Source of the DNA: Promethearchaeota archaeon Loki_b32
GTDB taxonomy: Archaea > Asgardarchaeota > Lokiarchaeia > Sigyniarchaeales > SOKP01
Length of the DNA: 64,000 nt
Reading direction: 5' to 3'
Assembly: GCA_005223125.1 (NCBI GenBank)
Contig: NJBH01000006.1
Coordinates: 32,001-96,000, forward strand
In this document: positions 39,446 to 48,211 of the stretch, piece by piece
Layout of the letters: each line of letters starts with the position of its first letter
Numbering within the stretch: position 1 is the stretch's first letter
Notes under the pieces: model-generated
Told to the model about the DNA's origin: nothing
Databases searched by the model: none
What the model saw: the letters and a program-made list of their open reading frames with translations, nothing else
Program-made: the position numbers and the translations under genes

Positions 39446-40357
39446 TTATTGAGGATTAAGTGTAGGAGATCTAGCTGACATAAGTTCTAATATTTTCTCC
39501 CAATATTCTTTTATTTCCCAGTTTTGTTTTGTTTTTATTTTTTCAGAGACTTCCTTTAATAATTCCCTAATTTTAAGTGAATCAAAATAAGTTAAAATTG
39601 GGGCAATCACAGATAACATATATTGTTTTTCTCCATATCTTTCATTTTTATCCGGAAATGAATCAAAAAATAGATAACCTTTTTTATCAATATTCTCAAT
39701 ATTAAGTAAAATACTTTGAGCTTTTGTGATTTTATCGTGTCCATAAATCGAAGTTGCAGCGTGGAACAATTGCTTGCCAATAGTGTTAATAGATAGGGTA
39801 CAATTTTCTTCAGAGGGATAACTCTGTTTTAATATTGGTCCTGCAACATCATCCCAATATACCATTAATAAACATAATGATGGTTGATCTTTATTAATAA
39901 TTGATGGATGCATTTCTATATTCAAGGATGAGAATATTTGTTTAATTTCCTCATCAATTTGATTGGATTTTTTATATCGAGCAATTTTACCAGAGATTGA
40001 AGCTAATAAATCTTCCTTTTTAAAAGGTTTTGTTATATAATCATCTACTCCTAACATTTTACCCAATCGAATATCTTCAGGAGTAGATTTTGCGGTTAGA
40101 AATAAGAAAGGAATACGACTCAATTTTGAGTTAGATGAAACAGCAGCAAAAAACTCATAGCCATTCATGACTGGCATCATTATATCGCTTATTATTATAT
40201 CAGGAACTTTCTCTAATGTCAAAAGCATTTTAAGTGCTGTTTTACCACTAATTGCTGTGATTATATTGTAGTCACTTGCTTCAAGAATAAGTTTTAGATT
40301 AAATAAAATATCCTCGTTATCATCAACAACCATTAACAAGGGCTTTGAATCTGACAT
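39446..40357 (-). CDS. Response regulator: receiver plus longin/uDENN-like output domain
   Basis: Receiver VDDN, SDIMMP, LTAK, YITKPF; C-terminal LLMVYWDDVAGPILKQSYP resembles the uDENN/longin first hairpin. Confidence 0.85.
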   Translation of the reverse strand: MSDSKPLLMVVDDNEDILFNLKLILEASDYNIITAISGKTALKMLLTLEKVPDIIISDIMMPVMNGYEFFAAVSSNSKLSRIPFLFLTAKSTPEDIRLGKMLGVDDYITKPFKKEDLLASISGKIARYKKSNQIDEEIKQIFSSLNIEMHPSIINKDQPSLCLLMVYWDDVAGPILKQSYPSEENCTLSINTIGKQLFHAATSIYGHDKITKAQSILLNIENIDKKGYLFFDSFPDKNERYGEKQYMLSVIAPILTYFDSLKIRELLKEVSEKIKTKQNWEIKEYWEKILELMSARSPTLNPQ

Positions 40358-40430
40358 AGGGGAATTTCATCTATATTACTGATATCAATAATATTGATCC
40401 AATCAATATTTATAATTTTTTTAGATCAAT

Positions 40431-42953
40431 TTAGTATGGTAGAAATAGATGAAATGTCGTTCCTTTCCCTAATTCACTCTCCACAATGATACTTCCTTTA
40501 TGAGCATCAATTATATCTTTTGCGATTGCTAATCCTAATCCTGTGCCAGCAATTTCAATTACATTGCTTGAACGGAAAAATCGTTCAAAAATGTGAGGTA
40601 AATCTTCCTTGGAGATCCCACGACCACTATCTTTAAATTGTAAGAGAACTCCTGATTTTCCATTTAAATTATATTTACCCTGGTAATTATCAATAGATTT
40701 TATTTTTACTTTTGAATATTCTTCTGAATATTTAATAGTATTATCGATAATAATTCGGAAAACTTGATCAATCCTTTTTGGATCCCCTCTTAAAAGAATG
40801 TTATCATCCACATTAACTTCAAAATCTATATTCTTTTCCTGACCTATTGGTTCCATGAGATATAAGATTTCATTAATAATCTCTAAAGGTTTATATTCTT
40901 TCCATTCCAATTCTAATCGATTTTCATCAATTCTTGAAATTGTTAATATATCCTCTGCTAAATCATTAAGTAGATGAATATTTTTTGAGATTCCATCCAT
41001 TAATTTCTCTTCTAAATCTTCGTTGAGAACATCTTTATGTTTAGTTAAATATTCCATCGACATTAATAAGACTGTAATTGGAGTCCGTAATTCATGTGAA
41101 ACAGTTGAAATTAATTGTGATAATCTCTCTTCTGCTCTTTTACGTTCTGTTATATCCAATCCATAAATATTTACATAATCCACATTTTTTACGGGAGTAA
41201 CAACCAAAGTGTAAGTTCGACCATTTAAATTTACTTCAAGATCTATATTCACTTTTTTACTTAGAACTCTATTAATAGAGTCCTTTAATATTTTAGGGGT
41301 TGGACTTCCTTCTTCAATATTGAATAGCTCTCTACCCATTTTATTAGTGTAGATTACCAGTTTATTATTTATTCGCAAAACGGGGTTAGGATTTTCAGAT
41401 GGGAACTTTGATAAATTTCTAATTTTTTCTTCAGCTTTTTTTCTTTCAGTGATGTCTCTAAATGTCGATTGAAAAAATATCCTTCCAGATAATTTTATAA
41501 CTTTTGCTGTTACAAAAACATCTATTATTTCTCCATTTTTTCTACGGAATTTTGTTTCAAAATCATCTCTACCTTCTCTCAATAATTTTTCTACATGAGC
41601 TTTTGTCTCTTCTGTGTTTTCTGTCATATCATAGTCATTTATTTGTAATTTTTGGAATTCATCACGCGAATATCCTAAAATATTACATACTACATCGTTA
41701 AATTCAACTGCTCTGAAAGTTTCAGGATCTAAAATAACAATACCATCAGGAAACTGTTCAAAAGTTGTACGATAACGAAGTTCAGCTTCTTGAAGTAGTG
41801 ATTCAGATTTTATTTTCTCAGTAATATCTGTGGCAACACTAAGAAGAGCGGAATATTTTGCATCAACATCTTCTATTGGTTGTTCAACTATCCAATATGT
41901 CTTTCTACCAGCATGTAAATCAAAAGTTCGTTGATATGCTCGACTGGTCCCATTATTAATTGATTCACGATTACTAATTAAAAATTCATTAGCAATTTTT
42001 TCAGGGAACACATCATGTAGAGTTTTTCCAATGAAATCTTCTGGATTTCCACCTAATTCCTCTGCAGCCTTTTTATTTACTAATAAATAGGTGCCTTTTT
42101 TATCAATCATTGTAATACCTGCTCCAGAATGCTTAATAATATTTCTTAGTTCTAATTCACTTCTCTTGATTTTTCTAAATAATAGATCAAATGGTTCCTC
42201 GATTCCAATTTGAATAATAGCTTTATATAAAAGGAAAAATGCGATTATTTTAAAGATATGTCCAATAAAATTAGGAAATTCATAAGCCCCGAAATAAAAT
42301 GTGAACGCTAATTCGGCGATCATCGTTGCTATGATTGAGGTGATTATAAGATAGAAGACTTTTTTATCAAAATCCACTCTATTTTTAATAATAATCAAAA
42401 GACAAGTTAAAAGTATGAAATTTATAACATATTCACTTACAATTTTAAACGACGTTAATCCAATACCATCAATATAACAAATTGGAAAAGAATTTGTAAA
42501 AATAAGTACTATTAAAATTATTGATATTATCAAATAAAAAATAGGAAGAAAAATTGATTTTACACTCCTTTTAATCATTAATGAAGCGAAGACACAAGAT
42601 CCTGCTTGAAGATATCTGGCTGCTATCCATAAAGATGTCGCAAGATTTGTCCCCCAATCCTCAAAAATCGGCAAACCAGGATAAGCAAGAGTATGAATTA
42701 CGTCAATAATTCCGATAAAAAGTGAGGATACTCCAAGAATTGAAAAAAAGGAATTTTTCATATATTTACGGGAGTTCCACCCAACTAAAAATACGCCTCC
42801 TGCAATTACAATACTAAATATCTCCGCGATACTATGAAATAGTAAGTAATCATAGAGACTTGTAAGGTAGACTAATAAGATTCCTATAAGAAGAACAGAA
42901 ATTTCTATAATTTCTAGATTCAGTTTATGTGAAGATTTATGTTCTTTTGACAT
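40431..42953 (-). CDS. Membrane sensor histidine kinase, MASE3-PAS-PAS-HisKA-HATPase
   Basis: MASE3 (YLLFHSIAEIFS, HTLAY, WIAARY, GHIFK), PAS repeats ending DITE, SHELRTP, DSGRG, GTGLGL. Confidence 0.92.
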   Translation of the reverse strand: MSKEHKSSHKLNLEIIEISVLLIGILLVYLTSLYDYLLFHSIAEIFSIVIAGGVFLVGWNSRKYMKNSFFSILGVSSLFIGIIDVIHTLAYPGLPIFEDWGTNLATSLWIAARYLQAGSCVFASLMIKRSVKSIFLPIFYLIISIILIVLIFTNSFPICYIDGIGLTSFKIVSEYVINFILLTCLLIIIKNRVDFDKKVFYLIITSIIATMIAELAFTFYFGAYEFPNFIGHIFKIIAFFLLYKAIIQIGIEEPFDLLFRKIKRSELELRNIIKHSGAGITMIDKKGTYLLVNKKAAEELGGNPEDFIGKTLHDVFPEKIANEFLISNRESINNGTSRAYQRTFDLHAGRKTYWIVEQPIEDVDAKYSALLSVATDITEKIKSESLLQEAELRYRTTFEQFPDGIVILDPETFRAVEFNDVVCNILGYSRDEFQKLQINDYDMTENTEETKAHVEKLLREGRDDFETKFRRKNGEIIDVFVTAKVIKLSGRIFFQSTFRDITERKKAEEKIRNLSKFPSENPNPVLRINNKLVIYTNKMGRELFNIEEGSPTPKILKDSINRVLSKKVNIDLEVNLNGRTYTLVVTPVKNVDYVNIYGLDITERKRAEERLSQLISTVSHELRTPITVLLMSMEYLTKHKDVLNEDLEEKLMDGISKNIHLLNDLAEDILTISRIDENRLELEWKEYKPLEIINEILYLMEPIGQEKNIDFEVNVDDNILLRGDPKRIDQVFRIIIDNTIKYSEEYSKVKIKSIDNYQGKYNLNGKSGVLLQFKDSGRGISKEDLPHIFERFFRSSNVIEIAGTGLGLAIAKDIIDAHKGSIIVESELGKGTTFHLFLPY

Positions 42954-43027
42954 TATTTAAATATCTTTTCTATTATATTTTTAAATTTCCAACCTATTTA
43001 AAATTGAAACTAACTTACCAAAATTAT

Positions 43028-43576
43028 TTAGAAAACTGGAGATTTTTCAAAGAGAGCATATATCGTTGTTTTATATAATGTATAAATAAAACCTGGTGGT
43101 ATGATATCTTTTATTTTTATAATAAGTTCATCAATGACCTTTTCAGTTAAATTTCGATCAAATGTTAAATCTGGATCAAATTTATGTAAAAAGATAGAAA
43201 AATCAATACCGTTTTTTATTTCAATTGAGTTTATCACTTTCTTCATGTATTCTAGCGCGATATGATAACGCTTAACGTCTTGGATATCAATTACATATAT
43301 AATTTTACTTGTTCCCTTTATATACTTATTAAAATCGTTGAAATAATCATCAAGATACGCTTGCTGACCCCCAAGATCCCAAATAGAATATTTTGAATTT
43401 AAGACTTCAAAATCTTGCACATCAGGACCTTTCGTAGGCATTGGAGTGTTAAAAGCAGAGATACCCTTGATACCCTTCAAACAATTTAATATCGTTGTTT
43501 TCCCACTATTATCTAATCCAATTAATACAATTTTAATTGAATCGACTCTTGATTCATTGGTTTTTAAAGTTTTCAT
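43028..43576 (-). CDS. Small GTPase, Asgard Rag/Arf-like
   Basis: G1 GLDNSGKT, G2 PT, G3 WDLGGQ, G4 LHKFD, G5 TTIY (Rag-type HKxD and T-S/T-I). Confidence 0.9.
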   Translation of the reverse strand: MKTLKTNESRVDSIKIVLIGLDNSGKTTILNCLKGIKGISAFNTPMPTKGPDVQDFEVLNSKYSIWDLGGQQAYLDDYFNDFNKYIKGTSKIIYVIDIQDVKRYHIALEYMKKVINSIEIKNGIDFSIFLHKFDPDLTFDRNLTEKVIDELIIKIKDIIPPGFIYTLYKTTIYALFEKSPVF

Positions 43577-43615
43577 AATTAATCAAAAATATGTTTGAGC
43601 ATTTTTTTTTAAGAG

Positions 43616-43954
43616 CTATGTTAATGTATCATGTATATCAACATCTCTTATATCTTTGAATTTCTCTTTATATATTTCAGCTACAAGTGAATTTATTCTG
43701 TTAAGCAAATTAAAGATACTTAGATTTTTAATTTTGTAGTATTTTATATTGTTTTTTTTCTCATATTCGATGAGATTGTTATCATAAAGCATGTTTAAAT
43801 GCTTTGAGATAGTTGATTGTGATTTATTTAAATTTTTTTTAATTTCTAATGAGCTCTTCTCACTTCCCTTTAAGAGATCTAAAATATCTAATCTTGTAGG
43901 ATCTCCTATGATCTTTAGGAACTCAATAACACCTCTTCTAAATTCGCTCATCAA
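43616..43954 (-). CDS. ArsR/SmtB-family transcription regulator
   Basis: LKIIGDPTRLDIL, SQSTISKHL, winged helix. Confidence 0.9.
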   Translation of the reverse strand: MMSEFRRGVIEFLKIIGDPTRLDILDLLKGSEKSSLEIKKNLNKSQSTISKHLNMLYDNNLIEYEKKNNIKYYKIKNLSIFNLLNRINSLVAEIYKEKFKDIRDVDIHDTLT

Positions 43955-44069
43955 ATACCAGAAGCATGTTTTATTAAAATTTTATTTTTATAACTTTTTA
44001 AACCTTATTTTAATAGTTTATTAATATTTCATTATTAATACGAAAATCACAAAGATTTAAATATTATGC

Positions 44070-44103
44070 TATCGTTATATTGTTATATCGCTATATCGCG
44101 ATA
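44070..44103. promoter_or_regulatory. Candidate operator: 4 x 8-bp repeat containing palindrome TATCGC-N6-GCGATA
   Basis: TATCGTTA TATTGTTA TATCGCTA TATCGCGA just downstream of TATA-like TTTAAATA (44056-44063), between divergent arsR and lrp genes. Confidence 0.55.
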
Positions 44104-44146
44104 CATGAATATTGATCTTTTTTTTATCAAAAGATGGAGAAAGAAA

Positions 44147-44659
44147 ATGATAAGTGAAAAAATAGGAATGGATGATATTGATTGTAGAATTATGGATTTA
44201 ATTCAAAGAGAACCAAGTCTTACACATACTCAGATTGCAGAACATGTGAATCGCAGTCAACCTACCGTAGGAATGCGGGTCAAAAAGCTGGAGAAGTTAG
44301 GGGTTTTGAAATATCAGGCTGGTGTAAATATCAAAACAGCAGATCTATATTTTGCTAGGATTGATCTTCAAACAAAGAACCCAAAAAGGATATTTTCTAT
44401 GGTGGAAAACTGTCCATTCATGCTCACCGCGTTCAGACTGAGCGGAAGTACAAATATTAGTATTTTAGTAGCAGGTTCATCCTTAAAGGACCTCGATCAT
44501 GTAGTAAATCATCATCTTCGAGGTGATCCAGAAGTTATTACTGTCCATATGGATATTATTGAAGATGTTGCAGGAGATCTTGTTTTACCAATAGATTTAA
44601 ACCTTGGTTATAGTAAAATCGATTTAGAAAATTACTGTTGTGGCAAATGTAAAGATTAA
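44147..44659 (+). CDS. Lrp/AsnC-family regulator, paralogue 1
   Basis: LTHTQIAEHVNRSQPTVGMRVKKLE HTH, CPF, FRLSG; start moved to ATG 44147 to match paralogue 2. Confidence 0.9.
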   Translation: MISEKIGMDDIDCRIMDLIQREPSLTHTQIAEHVNRSQPTVGMRVKKLEKLGVLKYQAGVNIKTADLYFARIDLQTKNPKRIFSMVENCPFMLTAFRLSGSTNISILVAGSSLKDLDHVVNHHLRGDPEVITVHMDIIEDVAGDLVLPIDLNLGYSKIDLENYCCGKCKD

Positions 44660-44698
44660 TTTACATACAATCTATTTTTCTTTAATAGGATTATTTTT

Positions 44699-44938
44699 TT
44701 AATCTATTATTAATACTTTTAATTTACATGCTGTAGTACAGATGTGACATTTAACACATCTGTCTTCGCGATCTTCCACCACGATACATTTAGGGATAGA
44801 GTCTTTATTAATAACCGTGTAAATTCCTCTAAAGCATGCTTCTTCGCAAGAAAAATCTTTACATTGCGCACACTTAGAGGATTCAATATGATGAAATTTA
44901 TAACTTTCAATAGTGTCTCGATTGTCTGCTTCACTCAT
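44699..44938 (-). CDS. Small [4Fe-4S] ferredoxin
   Basis: CAQCKDFSCEEAC and CVKCHICTTAC. Confidence 0.85.
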   Translation of the reverse strand: MSEADNRDTIESYKFHHIESSKCAQCKDFSCEEACFRGIYTVINKDSIPKCIVVEDREDRCVKCHICTTACKLKVLIID

Positions 44939-45030
44939 TAATAATTAATCATATTAAAAACATCATTTATTCATTTGTTTTATATTATATAACATAATTT
45001 TTTAATTCCAGTAAAAATCAATTATTATCA

Positions 45031-45699
45031 ATGACTTCAGAAAAACAACCGATACTTGAGATACCCAACTTAATGAAAGAATTGTTTGTATCACGTCCTA
45101 ATCGCTTTGTTGGTGAAATAAAATACAAAGGAAAGATAGAGTCTGCTCATATTCATGACCCCGGAAGATTGAAAGAATTACTTATTGAAGGGGCTGAAGT
45201 GCTATTTACACACTCACGAGGAAAGTTAAAATATTATATTAAAGCTGTTTATGATGATGATGAATGGGTTCTTATAGACACCGCTTTACACTCAAATATT
45301 GCTCAAAAAGTTTTTGAACTTTTACCAGAGTTTTCTAAAGTGAAAGAAATAAGAAGAGAAGTAAAACTAGGGAATAGTAGGATAGATTTTCTTCTTGATG
45401 ATGTACCATTAGAAGTAAAGGGTGTGACTCTAGTTAAGGAAGGTATAGCACTGTTTCCGGATGCTCCTACTGAACGAGGAGCTAGACATGTCAGAGAAAT
45501 TATTGAACATAATGGAATTATATTTTTCTTAATCTTTCGTAAAGCAAGGTGTTTTTCTCCAAATTTAGAGATGGATCCCAAGTTTTCCAAAAATTTAAGC
45601 GAAGCAAGAAAAAAAGGTATTAAAATTTTGGCAGTTCAGATTAGCTTTGATGGAAAAACAGTTTATTACGAGGGGAAAGTAGATCTGATGTTATTTTAA
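45031..45699 (+). CDS. sfsA: SfsA-family DNA/RNA nuclease
   Basis: RPNRF, HIHDPGRL, SRIDF, EVKGVTL, FPDAPTERG.RH. Confidence 0.93.
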   Translation: MTSEKQPILEIPNLMKELFVSRPNRFVGEIKYKGKIESAHIHDPGRLKELLIEGAEVLFTHSRGKLKYYIKAVYDDDEWVLIDTALHSNIAQKVFELLPEFSKVKEIRREVKLGNSRIDFLLDDVPLEVKGVTLVKEGIALFPDAPTERGARHVREIIEHNGIIFFLIFRKARCFSPNLEMDPKFSKNLSEARKKGIKILAVQISFDGKTVYYEGKVDLMLF

Positions 45700-45825
45700 A
45701 ACACCTTCAATATTAGCTTTTAGAACAGAAAATAAAGAAGACTAATTTTTTATAAATTCACCCTAATATTTTATAATTTGTAAAAATTGTTACTTAATTA
45801 GTAAAAAAAATTTAACGAGAATATT

Positions 45826-46365
45826 ATGATATCGGATAAATTAAAGCTTGATGAAGTTGACAAGCAAATAATTGCTCTTGTTCAAGAGGATCCTAACCTT
45901 ACACATACAGAAATCGCTTCAAAAATAAACAGATCGCAACCAACCGTTGGTATGCGTATAAAAAAGCTGGAAAAAAATGGTATTCTCCAATTCCAACCCG
46001 GTATCAATTTTAAGAAAGTTGATTTGTACCTCGCAACGGTTGAGTTAAAAACTAAAAATCCGGATGAAATTATGGATATGGCTAAACACTGCCCATTCAT
46101 GTTAAACGCATTTCGCTTGAGCGGGGAACACAATATTTGCATATTACTTGCAAGTTCTAAGCTTCAGAAACTTGATAATATTGTTAATTATCATTTTCGA
46201 AATAATCCTCAAATAAGCAGTGTTTCATTGGAAATTGTCCTTGATATTGCTAAGGATTTCATTTTACCGATTGATTTTGATTCAGAAGATCATGACCCTA
46301 CACTCGAGGATGGATGCGGGGAGAAGTGTCGTTGGAAACTTGCAAAAAATAAGAAACTAGGGTAG
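45826..46365 (+). CDS. Lrp/AsnC-family regulator, paralogue 2
   Basis: LTHTEIA...SQPTVGMRIKKLE, CPF, FRLSGE. Confidence 0.9.
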   Translation: MISDKLKLDEVDKQIIALVQEDPNLTHTEIASKINRSQPTVGMRIKKLEKNGILQFQPGINFKKVDLYLATVELKTKNPDEIMDMAKHCPFMLNAFRLSGEHNICILLASSKLQKLDNIVNYHFRNNPQISSVSLEIVLDIAKDFILPIDFDSEDHDPTLEDGCGEKCRWKLAKNKKLG

Positions 46366-46382
46366 CCCAATTCCTTTTTATA

Positions 46383-46949
46383 CTAGGTTTCTTTTTCAAT
46401 ATTAAATTTAAATTTAGGAATTTCATCTTGAAGCAAGCAATCTGGCCCACAATATCTCCCATCAAAGTTTTCGATTTGAAAATCTATGGGAACAACAAAA
46501 TCATGGATTGATTCAATTAAAATATTGGTTTTAACATTAATAACATTATCATCACGTCTGAAACACAAATCTACGAGTTTTTCAATGGTTTGAAGATTTG
46601 ATGCTGCGATAAAGCATAGTACGTTAAATTCCCCCGAGGTTTTAAATGCATGGTTAATAAACGGACAATTTACAATTTTCTTAACAATTGCTTCAACATC
46701 TTTAGTAGAAAGATAAACTATAGCAACTTTGATATCAACTTTTTTAATATTGAAGCCTACTTGTTTTGTAAGCAGGTGTTTTCTTTCTAATTTTAGGATT
46801 CGAGCCCCCACAGCAGGTTGAGATTTTTCAATTTCCTTAGCTATATCACTGTGAGTGATACCAGGGTTCTCCTCAATCATTTCAATGATTTTCTTGTCGG
46901 CCTCATCTATAGAAAGCAGATCTGAAAAATTTTTCTTCTTCATATCCAT
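46383..46949 (-). CDS. Lrp/AsnC-family regulator, paralogue 3
   Basis: ITHSDIA...SQPAVGARILKLE, CPF, FKTSGE. Confidence 0.9.
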   Translation of the reverse strand: MDMKKKNFSDLLSIDEADKKIIEMIEENPGITHSDIAKEIEKSQPAVGARILKLERKHLLTKQVGFNIKKVDIKVAIVYLSTKDVEAIVKKIVNCPFINHAFKTSGEFNVLCFIAASNLQTIEKLVDLCFRRDDNVINVKTNILIESIHDFVVPIDFQIENFDGRYCGPDCLLQDEIPKFKFNIEKET

Positions 46950-47135
46950 ACTATTTCAATTTTTTTTTTTTTTTTCATGTCTAAGCCCTTCAAAACAAGA
47001 CATTAATTTAAATGTAATTTCAATGAATTTAAATATTTATAAAGAGAACAATTATCGAAATTAAGAATATTTAGTCAATATATTTTTTTTTATAAGTCTA
47101 ATTTTTCTTTAATAAATGGAAGATGATCGCCTTCT

Positions 47136-48098
47136 TTATAATACATTAGTAAAAATATTAATGATAATTATTACTACAGCGAAACCTACTAAGCCAATAA
47201 GGAATTTCAATGGATCTCCTTTTTCTTTTTCTGGTATCACTTCCCTTACTATAACGTATAAAATGACTCCAGAAATGAAAGAATAAAATAGAAATAAGAG
47301 TTCGATATTATCTGGTAAGAGTGAGTTAACTAATAGCCCAATTATAATGCCGGTTGGAGCGGCGGCATATGATAAATACTTAATAAGAGGTTCTTCTTCA
47401 AATTTATTATCTTCATAGATTTCTAAGTCAGTGAATGCAAGATGTGCTTCAGATCGTTTAGTTACAACAGTTCTAAACAAGGCATATATGAAAAAGAGAA
47501 TACCTCCTATTAATTCAATGCGTAATAATCCAACTAAAATAATTCCTACGAGAAAATGGTAAATGTAATCTGTAATAAATCGGAAATTTGTTAATTCTTT
47601 ATTAATATGATTTTGAATCTTTATTTTATAGTTATTTATTTCAATTTTCATTCCCTCCTCTTGTTTATTTAATGCAGAGAGTGTCTGGGCTATTTCTCTT
47701 AGAACAGCTTCATCTAGATTTTCGTGTGTTAATTCCTTTGTGAGAATTTTTTCCATATTGCGTTCCACACTTTCTAAAATTTTCTCTTTTTTGAGCAATT
47801 TTCTCATTTTTCTTTGTGTTTTCACTTCAACTTTCTGCAAAATTAATTTTTCAGAGATGTGAACAAAAGAAAAACCAATTAGGACAAAAAGATATTCAAA
47901 TAATTTTAAATCAAAAGGGAATACTGGTAATCTTTCAGCAATTTCTGGAAGGACAATCAAGAAAAAATAAGCTACTGATATACCAGCAATTAATGAGGCA
48001 TGTACTTGAATGAGATTTTGCTCAAAATGTTCTGTGATAAAAAATAAGATACCAAAAGCTAATGCAAGAATAACAACTATTATTAAATCAACACTCAT
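47136..48098 (-). CDS. ZIP-like membrane protein with long cytoplasmic coiled-coil insert
   Basis: IAGISVAYFFLIVLPE and SGVILYVIVREVIPE resemble ZIP/ZupT helices. Confidence 0.55.
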   Translation of the reverse strand: MSVDLIIVVILALAFGILFFITEHFEQNLIQVHASLIAGISVAYFFLIVLPEIAERLPVFPFDLKLFEYLFVLIGFSFVHISEKLILQKVEVKTQRKMRKLLKKEKILESVERNMEKILTKELTHENLDEAVLREIAQTLSALNKQEEGMKIEINNYKIKIQNHINKELTNFRFITDYIYHFLVGIILVGLLRIELIGGILFFIYALFRTVVTKRSEAHLAFTDLEIYEDNKFEEEPLIKYLSYAAAPTGIIIGLLVNSLLPDNIELLFLFYSFISGVILYVIVREVIPEKEKGDPLKFLIGLVGFAVVIIIINIFTNVL

Positions 48099-48211
48099 TA
48101 ATATTGAAAATAGATTTAAAATTTAATAAAGTTGTAGTAATAAGCAAAGCTATAAAATTCATATGAATTTCAATAAATATATAGACATTTAAGGTTCATA
48201 GGTGATATTTA

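Noticed and set aside
44066-44146. 27-aa N-terminal extension of the first Lrp given in the ORF track
   Set aside because: It overlaps the promoter and operator repeats; the paralogue starts at the equivalent of ATG 44147, which has a GGAG SD.
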